A DNA stretch of 48,693 nt from NCBI GenBank assembly GCA_964569865.1, contig CAZMVQ010000005.1, forward strand, positions 1-48,693. Direction: 5' to 3'. The notes below the pieces were generated by a model, which was given only the letters and a program-made list of their open reading frames with translations, ran no database searches and was not told the origin of the DNA. The stretch is from an uncultured Devosia sp. GTDB taxonomy: Bacteria; Pseudomonadota; Alphaproteobacteria; Rhizobiales; Devosiaceae. Numbering within the stretch: position 1 is the first letter of the stretch; the number at the start of each line of letters is the position of its first letter. Of this stretch, positions 19,955-31,122 are shown piece after piece. The position numbers and the translations under genes were made by a program.

Positions 19955-21088
19955 ATGCCTGAAAATTCCAGGGGGTTGTTGTCTGCCTATGATCAGATGA
20001 TCGCAAGTGGCGCTTTAACCATTGATCCCGCTCAACGCGAGGCTGCGGTTTTGCTTGAAAAACTCTTAATTGAGTTGGAGCAAAATCCGCGACGTAAAAA
20101 AAGTTTTCCAAATTTTTTGAGCCAGAAAACACATCACCAAAAAGGGTTTTATATCTGGGGAGATGTGGGTCGGGGTAAAACCCTGCTGATGGATATGTTT
20201 TTTGAGCGGGTGGAAATCACCGCAAAAAGGCGGGTGCATTTTCATGAATTCATGGACGAATTACACCAGAATATTGCGATAATTCGGCAAACTTACAGTA
20301 CAAATTACAGCAAAACCCGCCCAGTTTCAGATCCGATCGCAGAAGTGGTAAAACCGATTATCAAATCCACTTCTCTTTTGTGTTTTGATGAATTTCACGT
20401 CTCAGATATTACCAATGCAATGTTGTTGGGGCGGCTGTTCGAAAAATTGTTTGATGGTGGAGTGGTGATGGTGGCCACATCAAATATAGAACCGGACGGG
20501 CTTTATCATAACGGACTAAATCGCCAGTTGTTTTTGCCGTTTATCGAGCTTTTGAAAAGCCGGTGCGAGGTTTTGCATCTAAAAGCTCAAAAAGACTATC
20601 GGCTCGATAAGTTGAGTAGTCAGCCGGTGTTTCATTTTGGTGTCGGGGAAGAAACTAAAAATCAAATTGAGCAACATTGGCAAATGTTGATTGGCCACCA
20701 AACATCCAAGCCGGGAACGGTTAGTGTTTTAGGGCGTGAAATTATTGTTCCAGCCATGGCAATGGGATGTGCAAAGTTTGAGTTTGCTGATCTGTGCGAA
20801 CAACCTCTTGGCGCGCGCGATTATCTGGCCGTTTCCCATGCGTTTCATACAATAGTGATCAAGGGCATACCGCAATTTGATAAGAACAACTCCAATGCCG
20901 CAAAACGCTTTATTATTTTGATTGATACTCTTTATGACCGGGGGGTGAAACTGGTGGCAAGTTTTGACGTTAATTTTGAAAACCTGACCAGTGATAAAAA
21001 TACGGCATTTGAGTTCAAGCGATGTGTTTCGCGATTAAACGAGATGGCCTCGATCGACTATCTGGCCAAAGGGAAAAATCCAGATTGA
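19955..21088 (+). CDS. zapE: AFG1/ZapE-family ATPase
   Basis: It has a Walker A motif (GDVGRGKT) and a Walker B motif (LLCFDEFHV). Its position between sdh and mdh is typical. Confidence 0.9.
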   Translation: MPENSRGLLSAYDQMIASGALTIDPAQREAAVLLEKLLIELEQNPRRKKSFPNFLSQKTHHQKGFYIWGDVGRGKTLLMDMFFERVEITAKRRVHFHEFMDELHQNIAIIRQTYSTNYSKTRPVSDPIAEVVKPIIKSTSLLCFDEFHVSDITNAMLLGRLFEKLFDGGVVMVATSNIEPDGLYHNGLNRQLFLPFIELLKSRCEVLHLKAQKDYRLDKLSSQPVFHFGVGEETKNQIEQHWQMLIGHQTSKPGTVSVLGREIIVPAMAMGCAKFEFADLCEQPLGARDYLAVSHAFHTIVIKGIPQFDKNNSNAAKRFIILIDTLYDRGVKLVASFDVNFENLTSDKNTAFEFKRCVSRLNEMASIDYLAKGKNPD

Positions 21089-21288
21089 TTTGTGAGGGCT
21101 TGGCTGGCGCTGGCGGCAAGGTCTCGTAAATTTTGTGAGCAACAGCGTTATATGAGTGAAATTGCGGATCAAAACAAAGAAATCGGCACTTAAGTGGCAG
21201 CAATTGGCCGTTGTAACTCGGTTTTTGTTGCACCAAAGGGGGCAGGGGTTTAATGATTCGTATTAGAAATTCAAACAAATAAATATAG

Positions 21289-22263
<975 letters not shown>

Positions 22264-22267
22264 CCGG

Positions 22268-22303
22268 TTTTTATATGTGGTATTTTTATACGTGGTATTT
22301 TTT
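22268..22303. repeat. 15-bp tandem repeat, 2.4 copies (tttttatatgtggta / tttttatacgtggta / tttttt)
   Basis: Read directly from the sequence. It starts 5 nt after the mdh TAA stop. Confidence 0.8.
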
Positions 22304-22358
22304 GTAAAGGCTTGTCCTTTAATAAGGGACGGCAATTTAATAAAGGGCTGACAGGCAA

Positions 22359-23555
22359 ATGAATATTCACGAACATCAGGCAAAAGCCTTACTGAAAGAA
22401 TTTGGCGCACCGGTGGCAAACGGGGTGGCAATTTTTTCTCCCGAAGATGCGGCCAAAGCGGCCAATTCTCTGCCCGGTCCCGTATATGTGGTTAAAAGCC
22501 AGATTCATGCGGGTGGCAGGGGCAAGGGTCGGTTTAAGGAATTGGCCAGCGATGCAGAGGGTGGGGTTCGTCTGGCTCGTTCGGTGGATGAGGTCGTTTC
22601 CCACGCCAATGAAATGCTGGGCAATATTCTTGTTACCAAGCAGACCGGGCCGTCAGGCAAACAGGTTAATCGCATATATATTGAAGATGGAGCGGATATT
22701 GCAAAAGAGCTTTATCTTTCTATTCTGGTCAACCGGGAAAGTGGAAAGGTAAGTTTTGTTGCCTCCACCGAAGGGGGAATGGATATTGAAGGGGTTGCCG
22801 AGCAAACACCTGAAAAAATTCATACTCTGGATATCGAGCCAGAAGATGGGGTCACCAGTGAAAAGGCCAGTGCCCTTTGTGATGCTTTGCAGCTTGATGG
22901 GACAGCGCGAAGTGATGGCATGGAGCTGTTTGTGCAGCTTTATGAAGCATTTATCGGCAAGGATATGAGTCTGTTGGAAATTAACCCGCTGGTGGTTTTG
23001 GGCAATGGGCATCTGGTGGTTTTGGATGCCAAAGTATCGTTTGATAACAATGCCCTGTTCAAGCACCCGGATATCGAGGGCTTGCGCGATTTAAGCGAAG
23101 AAGATGAAAAAGAAATCGAAGCTGGCAAATATGATTTGGCCTATATCGCCCTTGAGGGGTCGATCGGGTGCATGGTCAATGGTGCCGGTCTGGCCATGGC
23201 CACCATGGATATTATTAAATTATATGGTGAGCAACCGGCCAACTTTTTGGATGTGGGCGGTGGGGCTACGGCTGAAAAGGTTACGGCTGCTTTCAAAATC
23301 ATAACTTCTGACCCTAGCGTAAAAGGAATTCTGGTAAATATATTTGGCGGTATCATGCGTTGTGATGTCATTGCTGAGGGTGTTTTGCAGGCGGTCAAGG
23401 AAATGGGGCTGAATGTGCCTTTGGTTGTTCGACTGGAGGGGACTAAAGTTGCCGAGGGTAAAAAACTGATTGATGAAAGTGATCTTGATGTGATCTCGGC
23501 CAATGATCTGGATGATGCAGCGCAAAAAATTGTAGCGGCTGTTAAAGGGGGATAA
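22359..23555 (+). CDS. sucC: Succinyl-CoA synthetase beta subunit
   Basis: 398 aa. It has [16 protein letters not shown], an ATP-grasp domain, and GGIMRCD. Confidence 0.97.
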   Translation: MNIHEHQAKALLKEFGAPVANGVAIFSPEDAAKAANSLPGPVYVVKSQIHAGGRGKGRFKELASDAEGGVRLARSVDEVVSHANEMLGNILVTKQTGPSGKQVNRIYIEDGADIAKELYLSILVNRESGKVSFVASTEGGMDIEGVAEQTPEKIHTLDIEPEDGVTSEKASALCDALQLDGTARSDGMELFVQLYEAFIGKDMSLLEINPLVVLGNGHLVVLDAKVSFDNNALFKHPDIEGLRDLSEEDEKEIEAGKYDLAYIALEGSIGCMVNGAGLAMATMDIIKLYGEQPANFLDVGGGATAEKVTAAFKIITSDPSVKGILVNIFGGIMRCDVIAEGVLQAVKEMGLNVPLVVRLEGTKVAEGKKLIDESDLDVISANDLDDAAQKIVAAVKGG

Positions 23556-23557
23556 AA

Positions 23558-24217
23558 ATGGCACATGAAGCAACGGCAATGATAAAAACAGCAATTGTCT
23601 CTTTGGGACTGATTGGGGTTTTTGGTCAGCCGGTTTTGGCAAAACATGCAAAAACTTCTCAGGAGCCAGCCACAACTCAAAGCGCGCCTTTGGCAACTGA
23701 CCCGGCTGGAACTCCAGCAGTTCCGACGGTGACAATTAATGATCCGGGTGAGCAAAATTTAGAAATAACCGCCAAAATATTAAGTGATGCCATTGAGCTT
23801 TGCCAGTTGGCTGCGGACAATAGGCGCGAAGTTCTGGATGCACTGCAAGCGGGTGGGTGGAGCAGTGATGTTGATTACAATGCCGGCAACGCGCCTTTTT
23901 ATAAGGAAATATCGGCCGAGTTAACCTATGAAGGGGTTGGCGAAGCACAAATCTGGGGATTTATAGAAGATTATCCCGGCTACCAGATGGGATATTGCTC
24001 CCTTACCATCTCTTCTCCGACTGGGTTTTTTGACCTGTCTCCCATTGATGAAATCGAGGGGATGACTGGAGAGTTGATTTTGGAGGATGGACAATCCTAT
24101 GGAGCATGGCGCTCTGATACCGGGGATGATGAAACCGCAACAAAATTCATTCATGCCTATCAGAACCTTGATACTTTTTTATATCAGGTAAGCACGGTCA
24201 GAAATCTTAACCGCTAG
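23558..24217 (+). CDS. Secreted hypothetical protein inserted between sucC and sucD
   Basis: The ORF fills the gap exactly. Its ATG is 3 nt after the sucC stop, with GGGGGA upstream. It has a signal peptide (..MIKTAIVSLGLIGVFGQPVLA|KH; alternative start 23579). I recognise no family. Confidence 0.65.
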   Translation: MAHEATAMIKTAIVSLGLIGVFGQPVLAKHAKTSQEPATTQSAPLATDPAGTPAVPTVTINDPGEQNLEITAKILSDAIELCQLAADNRREVLDALQAGGWSSDVDYNAGNAPFYKEISAELTYEGVGEAQIWGFIEDYPGYQMGYCSLTISSPTGFFDLSPIDEIEGMTGELILEDGQSYGAWRSDTGDDETATKFIHAYQNLDTFLYQVSTVRNLNR

Positions 24218-24311
24218 TTTTTTTTAAGTCTTGAATTCAATATGAGTGGGTTTGGTGATCCGTTAAAGAAAACGGCGAACAAAACACCCACGCAACGGAG
24301 CTTTTTAACCC

Positions 24312-25214
24312 ATGTCAATTCTTGTCGATAAAGACACCAAAATACTGGTGCAGGGCCTAACCGGGAAAACCGGCACATTCCACACAGAACAGGCATTGGC
24401 CTATTTCGGCACAAAAATGGTTGGTGGAACCCATCCCAAAAAAGGCGGACAAAAATGGACTGGGGCCGAGGGCCATGTTCTGCCGATTTTTACCACCGTG
24501 GCAGAAGGAAAAGAGGCCACAGGGGCCAATGCCAGCGTTATATATGTGCCGCCAGCTGGAGCTGCGGCGGCAATAATTGAAGCCATTGATGCTGAAATTC
24601 CTTTGATTGTTGCCATTACCGAAGGGGTGCCGGTTTTGGATATGGTCAAAGTCAAAGCACGGCTGGCCAAATCCAATTCTCGCCTGATCGGGCCAAATTG
24701 CCCCGGAATCATGACTCCGGATGAGTGCAAAATCGGCATTATGCCGGGTAATATTTTCAAAAAAGGTTCGGTGGGGATCGTATCGCGCTCTGGAACCTTG
24801 ACCTATGAGGCGGTTTTTCAAACCAGTAATGAAGGTCTGGGTCAAACCACAGCCATTGGCATTGGTGGTGATCCGGTAAAGGGCACAGAATTTATTGACG
24901 TTTTGGAATTGTTCTTGGCTGATGAAGATACTAAATCCATGGTGATGATCGGGGAAATTGGTGGCTCGGCAGAAGAAGAGGCAGCGCAGTTTTTGATCGA
25001 TGAGGCCAAGCGCGGGCGCTCCAAACCCGTAGCAGGTTTCATTGCCGGTCTTACCGCACCACCGGGGCGCACAATGGGCCATGCGGGCGCTGTTATTTCC
25101 GGGGGTAAAGGGGGCGCAGAAGACAAGATTGAGGCAATGGAAGCGGCGGGAATTGCCGTGTCGCGCTCTCCGGCAAAAATCGGCGAAGCGTTGGTGGAAT
25201 TGTTGAAGGGCTAG
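24312..25214 (+). CDS. sucD: Succinyl-CoA synthetase alpha subunit
   Basis: 300 aa. It has [21 protein letters not shown] and GHAGA (phospho-His) motifs. Confidence 0.97.
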   Translation: MSILVDKDTKILVQGLTGKTGTFHTEQALAYFGTKMVGGTHPKKGGQKWTGAEGHVLPIFTTVAEGKEATGANASVIYVPPAGAAAAIIEAIDAEIPLIVAITEGVPVLDMVKVKARLAKSNSRLIGPNCPGIMTPDECKIGIMPGNIFKKGSVGIVSRSGTLTYEAVFQTSNEGLGQTTAIGIGGDPVKGTEFIDVLELFLADEDTKSMVMIGEIGGSAEEEAAQFLIDEAKRGRSKPVAGFIAGLTAPPGRTMGHAGAVISGGKGGAEDKIEAMEAAGIAVSRSPAKIGEALVELLKG

Positions 25215-25399
25215 GTTTTTTTTCAGGATTGTTCAATTAAAAATTGATGATGAATATCAGTGCATAATACGGGCTAATTTTCAGTGTTAACAAAATACTA
25301 ACGGATGCCTGAAAAAAGAGAAGCAATAGAATTTTTCTAACCGGCACTTTTTTTGGCCTGAACAGGGAAGAGGCGGGGTAGCTCGCCTGCGCAAATAAT

Positions 25400-28390
25400 A
25401 TGACACGAAAAGAAGAAAACCTGGCGTTCTTAGCTACTTCTTTCCTCTATGGGGGCAATGCAACCTATGTGGAAGAGCTTTACTCCCAATTCAAAGAGGA
25501 CCCCAATTCAGTCGATCAAACCTGGGCGGATTTTTTTAATTCTCTGGGAGATGCTCCGGATGAGGCGATCGCTGCTGCAAACGGAGCCAGTTGGGGACGG
25601 GGCGATTGGCCCATGCCAGCCAGCGGCGAGATGATTTCCGCCTTTGACGGAGACTGGGGGAGCCTTGCTGAAAAATCAGGTGTTACGGCAATTAAAAAAG
25701 CCAAGGCCGATGACAAAACAATAAATATGGAACAGGTGGCTCAGGCCAGTAGGGATTCCATTAGAGCGGCCATGATGATCCGTGCCTATCGGATGCGCGG
25801 CCATTTGCATGCGGATCTGGATCCGCTGAAATTGCAGGAGAAGGCCGACGCACCAGAGCTTGACCCGCGCTCATACGGATTTGTCGAGGCGGATTTTTCA
25901 CGCCAGATATTTATCGACAATATGCTGGGGCTTGAATATGCAAGCATTTCCCAAATGGTGGAAATATTGCAGCGCACCTATTGCTCAACTCTTGGAGTTG
26001 AGTTTATGCATATTTCAGACCCGGTCTCCAAAGGCTGGATACAGGAGCGGATTGAGGGACCGGATAAAGAAATTTCCTTCACTCCCGAGGGCAAAAAGGC
26101 CATTTTGAATAAGCTGATTGAAGCTGAAGGCTTTGAGAAATTCCTCGACGTTAAATATACCGGCACCAAGCGCTTTGGCCTGGATGGTTCCGAAAGCCTC
26201 ATTCCGGCCATGGAGCAAATTATCAAGCGTGGCGGAGCGCTGGGGGTTAAAGACATTGTGCTTGGCATGCCCCATCGTGGACGCTTGAATGTTTTGACCC
26301 AGGTTATGGGCAAGCCCCACCGGGCTTTGTTTCACGAGTTTAAGGGCGGTGCATATTATCCGGATGATGTGGAGGGTTCTGGCGATGTGAAATATCATTT
26401 AGGGGCCTCATCCGATAGGGTATTTGACGAAAATGTCGTGCATTTATCCCTGACCGCTAATCCGTCCCATCTGGAAATTGTTAATCCCGTTGTGCTTGGA
26501 AAAGCGCGGGCAAAACAGGATCAGCATTCAGAAGTTAATGATCGCTTTGTCAAAGATACAACTATGACTGACCGACAGGTGGTTCTGCCCCTGTTGCTGC
26601 ACGGGGATGCAGCCTTTGCCGGACAGGGAGTGGTGGCTGAATGTTTCGGGCTTTCGGGCCTTAAGGGCCATAGAACCGGCGGGTCAATTCACTTTGTGGT
26701 CAATAACCAGATCGGTTTTACCACTTCTCCCATCTATTCGCGTTCTTCGCCTTATCCCACAGATGTGGCAAAGATGATTGAAGCGCCGGTGTTTCATGTG
26801 AACGGAGATGACCCGGAAGCTGTGGTATTTGCTGCAAAAGTGGCAACCGAATATAGACAAAAATTTGGCAAGCCGGTGGTTGTTGACATGTTCTGCTATC
26901 GTCGATTTGGGCATAATGAGGGGGATGAGCCTTCCTTTACCCAGCCATTGATGTATCAGCAGATCAGGGCCCATAAAACCACCCTTGAGCTTTATTCGAC
27001 AAAACTCATCGACGAGGGTGTTGTCGGTGCCACTGAGGTTGAAACCATGAAGCTGGACTGGCGGGCCAAGCTGGAAGTGGAATTTGCCGGTGGTGAAAAT
27101 TATCGTCCCAATAAAGCTGATTGGCTGGATGGAGCTTGGAAAAAGCTCAAAGCTGCCGAACTTGAAGGGGCAAGACGGGGCAATACCGGGGTTGAAATTA
27201 AAGACCTTAAAACAATCGGGCAATCCATTACCACAATTCCACAAGAATTTAGTGCCCATAAAACGATTTTGAGGTTTTTGAAAAACCGAAAAAATGCCAT
27301 CGACAAGGGCGAAGGCATTGACTGGGCAACCGGTGAGGCCTTGGCTTTTGGCAGCATGGTAGCTGAGGGGCATCCGGTGCGCCTTAGCGGACAGGATTGC
27401 GAACGGGGCACGTTTTCTCAGCGCCACACGGTATTATCGGATCAAAAAACCGGAGAAACTTTTACGCCTTTAAATCATATTACGCCCGATCAAGGGCGTT
27501 ATGAGGTGATTAATTCCATGCTATCGGAAGAGGCGGTATTGGGATTTGAATATGGTTATTCACTGGCAGAACCTAATGCGCTAACCCTCTGGGAAGGGCA
27601 GTTTGGCGATTTTGTCAACGGCGCTCAGGTGGTGATCGATCAGTTTATTTCTTCTGGAGAGCAAAAATGGTTCCGCATGAGCGGTCTGGTTTTGTTGTTG
27701 CCTCATGGTTATGAGGGGCAGGGGCCTGAGCATTCTTCGGCACGGCTTGAAAGATTTTTGCAGCTTTGTGCCGAAGATAATATGCAGGTGGCCAATTGCA
27801 CGACACCGGCCAATTATTTTCATATTCTGCGCCGCCAATTATTGCGTGAGTTTAGAAAACCGTTGATTTTGATGACGCCAAAATCGCTGCTAAGGCACAA
27901 AAAAGCCGTTTCAACACTAGCGGAATTTGGGCCGGATTCTTGTTTTCATCGCCTGTTATGGGATGATGCGCAGGCTCCTGGACCGCAAAAAACCTCAATT
28001 AAACTGGTGGAAGACGACAAGATCCGCCGGGTGGTGTTGTGCAGCGGCAAAGTTTATTTTGACCTGCTGGAAGATAGAGAAAAACGCGGTGTAAATGATG
28101 TATATCTAATGCGTTTAGAGCAATTATACCCGTTTCCTGCCAAGGCATTGCATTCAGAATTATCCCGATTTGAAAATGCACAGATTGTCTGGTGTCAGGA
28201 AGAGCCAAAAAACATGGGAGCATGGGCCTTTATTCAGCCCTATGTGGAGTGGGTTCTGGGCCAATTGGGACGGACTGGCGAGCGGCCTATCTATGTGGGT
28301 CGGGCCTCAGCCGCATCGCCTGCCACCGGCATGATGAGCAAACATCTTTATGAATTGAAAGCCTTTCTTGACGAAGCATTCGCGGAATGA
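25400..28390 (+). CDS. sucA: 2-oxoglutarate dehydrogenase E1 component
   Basis: 996 aa. It shows family similarity throughout (MIRAYRMRGH, GDAAFAGQGVV, HGYEGQGPEHSSARLERFLQ). Confidence 0.97.
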   Translation: MTRKEENLAFLATSFLYGGNATYVEELYSQFKEDPNSVDQTWADFFNSLGDAPDEAIAAANGASWGRGDWPMPASGEMISAFDGDWGSLAEKSGVTAIKKAKADDKTINMEQVAQASRDSIRAAMMIRAYRMRGHLHADLDPLKLQEKADAPELDPRSYGFVEADFSRQIFIDNMLGLEYASISQMVEILQRTYCSTLGVEFMHISDPVSKGWIQERIEGPDKEISFTPEGKKAILNKLIEAEGFEKFLDVKYTGTKRFGLDGSESLIPAMEQIIKRGGALGVKDIVLGMPHRGRLNVLTQVMGKPHRALFHEFKGGAYYPDDVEGSGDVKYHLGASSDRVFDENVVHLSLTANPSHLEIVNPVVLGKARAKQDQHSEVNDRFVKDTTMTDRQVVLPLLLHGDAAFAGQGVVAECFGLSGLKGHRTGGSIHFVVNNQIGFTTSPIYSRSSPYPTDVAKMIEAPVFHVNGDDPEAVVFAAKVATEYRQKFGKPVVVDMFCYRRFGHNEGDEPSFTQPLMYQQIRAHKTTLELYSTKLIDEGVVGATEVETMKLDWRAKLEVEFAGGENYRPNKADWLDGAWKKLKAAELEGARRGNTGVEIKDLKTIGQSITTIPQEFSAHKTILRFLKNRKNAIDKGEGIDWATGEALAFGSMVAEGHPVRLSGQDCERGTFSQRHTVLSDQKTGETFTPLNHITPDQGRYEVINSMLSEEAVLGFEYGYSLAEPNALTLWEGQFGDFVNGAQVVIDQFISSGEQKWFRMSGLVLLLPHGYEGQGPEHSSARLERFLQLCAEDNMQVANCTTPANYFHILRRQLLREFRKPLILMTPKSLLRHKKAVSTLAEFGPDSCFHRLLWDDAQAPGPQKTSIKLVEDDKIRRVVLCSGKVYFDLLEDREKRGVNDVYLMRLEQLYPFPAKALHSELSRFENAQIVWCQEEPKNMGAWAFIQPYVEWVLGQLGRTGERPIYVGRASAASPATGMMSKHLYELKAFLDEAFAE

Positions 28391-28445
28391 GGCTTTTGCA
28401 GAACAAAACATTCATAGAATGAAGCATTCGTAGAATGAACATTTT
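28377..28445. repeat. Three copies of cattcNNNgaatga; the first is the 3' end plus stop codon of sucA
   Basis: The copies are cattcgcggaatga (28377-28390, including the TGA stop), cattcatagaatga (28409-28422) and cattcgtagaatga (28425-28438). A partial copy, catttt, follows. Confidence 0.8.
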
Positions 28446-28479
28446 AAATAATTGCAGCAAACTTTAAGGACCAAACCTG

Positions 28480-29709
28480 ATGTCCACAGAAATCAAAGTA
28501 CCAACCCTTGGCGAAAGCGTCACCGAAGCAACCATTGGCCAATGGTATAAAAAAGTAGGTGATGCGGTAAGCGTTGATGAAGCGCTGGTAGAACTGGAAA
28601 CCGACAAAGTTGCGGTGGAAGTGCCCTCGCCCGTTGCTGGTGTGCTGGAAAAAATTGTAGCCCCGGAAGGGGAAAATGTAGAAGTGGGGGCCTTGATAGC
28701 CGTCGTTAAAGAAGGGGCAGTAGCTGCCGCCGGCGCTGCACCTGCCAGTGCCGCTTCTGCAGACGATAAAAAACCGGAAGCTGCCAAAGTTGCTGCGCCT
28801 GCCGCATCATCTGGCATTCCGGCTTCTCCTTCAGCGCAAAAAATGATGAAGGAAAAAATGATCACGCCGGAACAGGTTTCAGGATCGGGCAAGCGTGGTC
28901 AGGTATTAAAAGAAGATGTGATGGCAGCTGCAGCAAATCCTGGAACTCCTGCGGCGGCAAAATCCGCAGTTCCTGCAGCCCCAAGAACACCAGTAGCTGC
29001 CGGTGATGAGGGACGTGAGGAGCGGGTTCGCATGACCCGCCTGCGTCAAACCATTGCTAGGCGCTTAAAAGATGCTCAGAATGCTGCCGCCATGCTGACC
29101 ACCTTTAACGAGGTTGATATGGGTCCGGTTATGGAATTGCGCAAGCAATATAAAGAGCTATTTGAGAAAAAACACGGGGTTAAACTTGGCTTTATGGGCT
29201 TTTTCTGCAAGGCGGTAACCCATGCCTTAAAAGAAATTCCAAGTGTAAATGCCGAGATTGACGGCACCGATATTGTCTATAAAAACTTCGCCCATATCGG
29301 GGTTGCGGTTGGTACGGAAAAAGGGCTGGTGGTGCCGGTGGTGCGCGATGCCGATCAGATGTCGATTGCTGAAATCGAGCAGGATATTGGCCGTTTGGGT
29401 CGTGCAGCCAGAGACGGCAAACTGACCATGGCTGACATGCAGGGGGGCACGTTCACCCTTTCGAATGGCGGGGTCTATGGCTCTTTGATGTCCACACCTA
29501 TTCTCAATGCTCCGCAGTCGGGAATTTTGGGCATGCATAAAATTCAGCAGCGCCCGATGGCCATTGACGGGGAAGTGGTTATCCGTCCGATGATGTATTT
29601 GGCGCTTTCCTATGATCACAGGATTGTTGATGGCAAAGAGGCTGTGACATTTCTTGTGCGGGTAAAAGAAAGTCTTGAAGATCCGCAACGTCTGGTGTTG
29701 GATTTATAG
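28480..29709 (+). CDS. sucB: Dihydrolipoyllysine-residue succinyltransferase (E2 of 2-oxoglutarate dehydrogenase)
   Basis: It has a lipoyl domain (ELETDKV), an Ala/Pro linker, a subunit-binding domain, and the catalytic SYDHRIVDG motif. Confidence 0.97.
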   Translation: MSTEIKVPTLGESVTEATIGQWYKKVGDAVSVDEALVELETDKVAVEVPSPVAGVLEKIVAPEGENVEVGALIAVVKEGAVAAAGAAPASAASADDKKPEAAKVAAPAASSGIPASPSAQKMMKEKMITPEQVSGSGKRGQVLKEDVMAAAANPGTPAAAKSAVPAAPRTPVAAGDEGREERVRMTRLRQTIARRLKDAQNAAAMLTTFNEVDMGPVMELRKQYKELFEKKHGVKLGFMGFFCKAVTHALKEIPSVNAEIDGTDIVYKNFAHIGVAVGTEKGLVVPVVRDADQMSIAEIEQDIGRLGRAARDGKLTMADMQGGTFTLSNGGVYGSLMSTPILNAPQSGILGMHKIQQRPMAIDGEVVIRPMMYLALSYDHRIVDGKEAVTFLVRVKESLEDPQRLVLDL

Positions 29710-29771
29710 GCTTTAATTTAAGATCGCCATCCAAAATAAGCACAGAAAAGAAAACACACAGGAATAAAATA

Positions 29772-30383
29772 ATGTCGCCAGAGTTTTTCATCACCGCATT
29801 GATAGTTGTGCTTATTCCGGGAACCGGCGTGGTTTATACCATCGCCACCGGGCTGGCGCGGGGGCGGATGGCTTCAATTTTTGCGGCCACAGGCTGCACT
29901 CTTGGCATCGTGCCCCATATTCTTGCTTCCGTGTTGGGATTGGCGGCAATTTTGCACACCAGCGCGCTGTTGTTTCAGGGATTGAAATATGCCGGAGCTG
30001 CCTATCTGATCTATCTGGCTTGGCAGACTTTAAGAGAAAAAGGCCCCATCAGCTTCAAAAGCGATGATGTACGTCGCTCAAATATTGGTGTGGTGTGGAC
30101 AGGTTTTTTGATCAATATTCTCAACCCCAAACTCTCGATATTTTTTCTGGCCTTTCTGCCCCAGTTCGTGCCCGTTGATGCAGGCAATTCCATTGCGCAA
30201 ATGCTGATGTTGGGTTCAATATTTATGGCTATGACGTTCGGGGTATTTGTAATTTATGGTGCTTTTGCTGCATGGGCCGGGCAAAAAGTGCTCGGTAGTG
30301 CCTCGATTATGGGCTGGATGCGTAAAACCACAGCGCTGGTTTTTGGTGGACTTGGCCTGAGGCTGGCGCTGGCGGAGCGTTAA
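29772..30383 (+). CDS. LysE/RhtB-family amino-acid exporter
   Basis: 203 aa with six TM segments. It has the LysE N-terminal motif (LIPGTGVVYT) and NILNPK. Confidence 0.85.
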   Translation: MSPEFFITALIVVLIPGTGVVYTIATGLARGRMASIFAATGCTLGIVPHILASVLGLAAILHTSALLFQGLKYAGAAYLIYLAWQTLREKGPISFKSDDVRRSNIGVVWTGFLINILNPKLSIFFLAFLPQFVPVDAGNSIAQMLMLGSIFMAMTFGVFVIYGAFAAWAGQKVLGSASIMGWMRKTTALVFGGLGLRLALAER

Positions 30384-30387
30384 ACTC

Positions 30388-31023
30388 TTGGCGTTTCCTT
30401 TAGTTGAATTTTTAACAATTCTTGGCGCGTTTGGCATAGGGGCTATTTCGCCGGGGCCGGATTTTGCCATGGTATTGCGCCAGTCAATTGCCCATGGACG
30501 CAGTACCGCCATTATGACCAGCGCCGGGATTGCCAGCGCAATTTTAGTGCATGGAACCTATACGGTATTGGGGCTTGGGCTGATTGTAGCCCAGTCTTTG
30601 ATATTGTTCACAATACTCAAGTTTGCCGGGGCTGCCTATCTCATATGGCTGGGCATTAGCGCTCTAAGGGCGCCGGCACTCAAAGAAGTCGCAAATTTTG
30701 ATAGTGAGCAAGAGGTCGGCCAAGGCTGGTTCAAGGCGTTTTCAATTGGATTTTTGACCAACCTGCTAAACCCCAAGGCAGTGCTGTTTTTTGTGGCTTT
30801 GTTTTCGGTTCTGGTTAGCGCCCAAACGGCAATAATATGGCAGGGGGTCTATATAATTTCTATGGCGGTAATGTTGCTGATCTGGTTTGTTCTTGTGTCG
30901 CTGTTTTTCACCGCTCCCAACATTAGAGCCAAATTTTATCGCATGGGTAAATGGTTTAACCGGATCAGCGGATTGGCGTTGATTTTGTTGGCTCTGAGGC
31001 TTTTGGTCTCTCAGCGCCAATAG
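30388..31023 (+). CDS. LysE/RhtB-family amino-acid exporter (second, tandem)
   Basis: 211 aa with a TTG start. It has ISPGPDF and NLLNPKA motifs. It starts 5 nt after the preceding LysE gene. Confidence 0.8.
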   Translation: MAFPLVEFLTILGAFGIGAISPGPDFAMVLRQSIAHGRSTAIMTSAGIASAILVHGTYTVLGLGLIVAQSLILFTILKFAGAAYLIWLGISALRAPALKEVANFDSEQEVGQGWFKAFSIGFLTNLLNPKAVLFFVALFSVLVSAQTAIIWQGVYIISMAVMLLIWFVLVSLFFTAPNIRAKFYRMGKWFNRISGLALILLALRLLVSQRQ

Positions 31024-31122
31024 AAAATTTATCGGGAGCAAGGGGAGATTTGTTGACCCTTTTGCTTATTCATGGTCGATTGAGCAATAGATGATCAAGG
31101 ATCAAAAAAAGGCATTTTTAAA

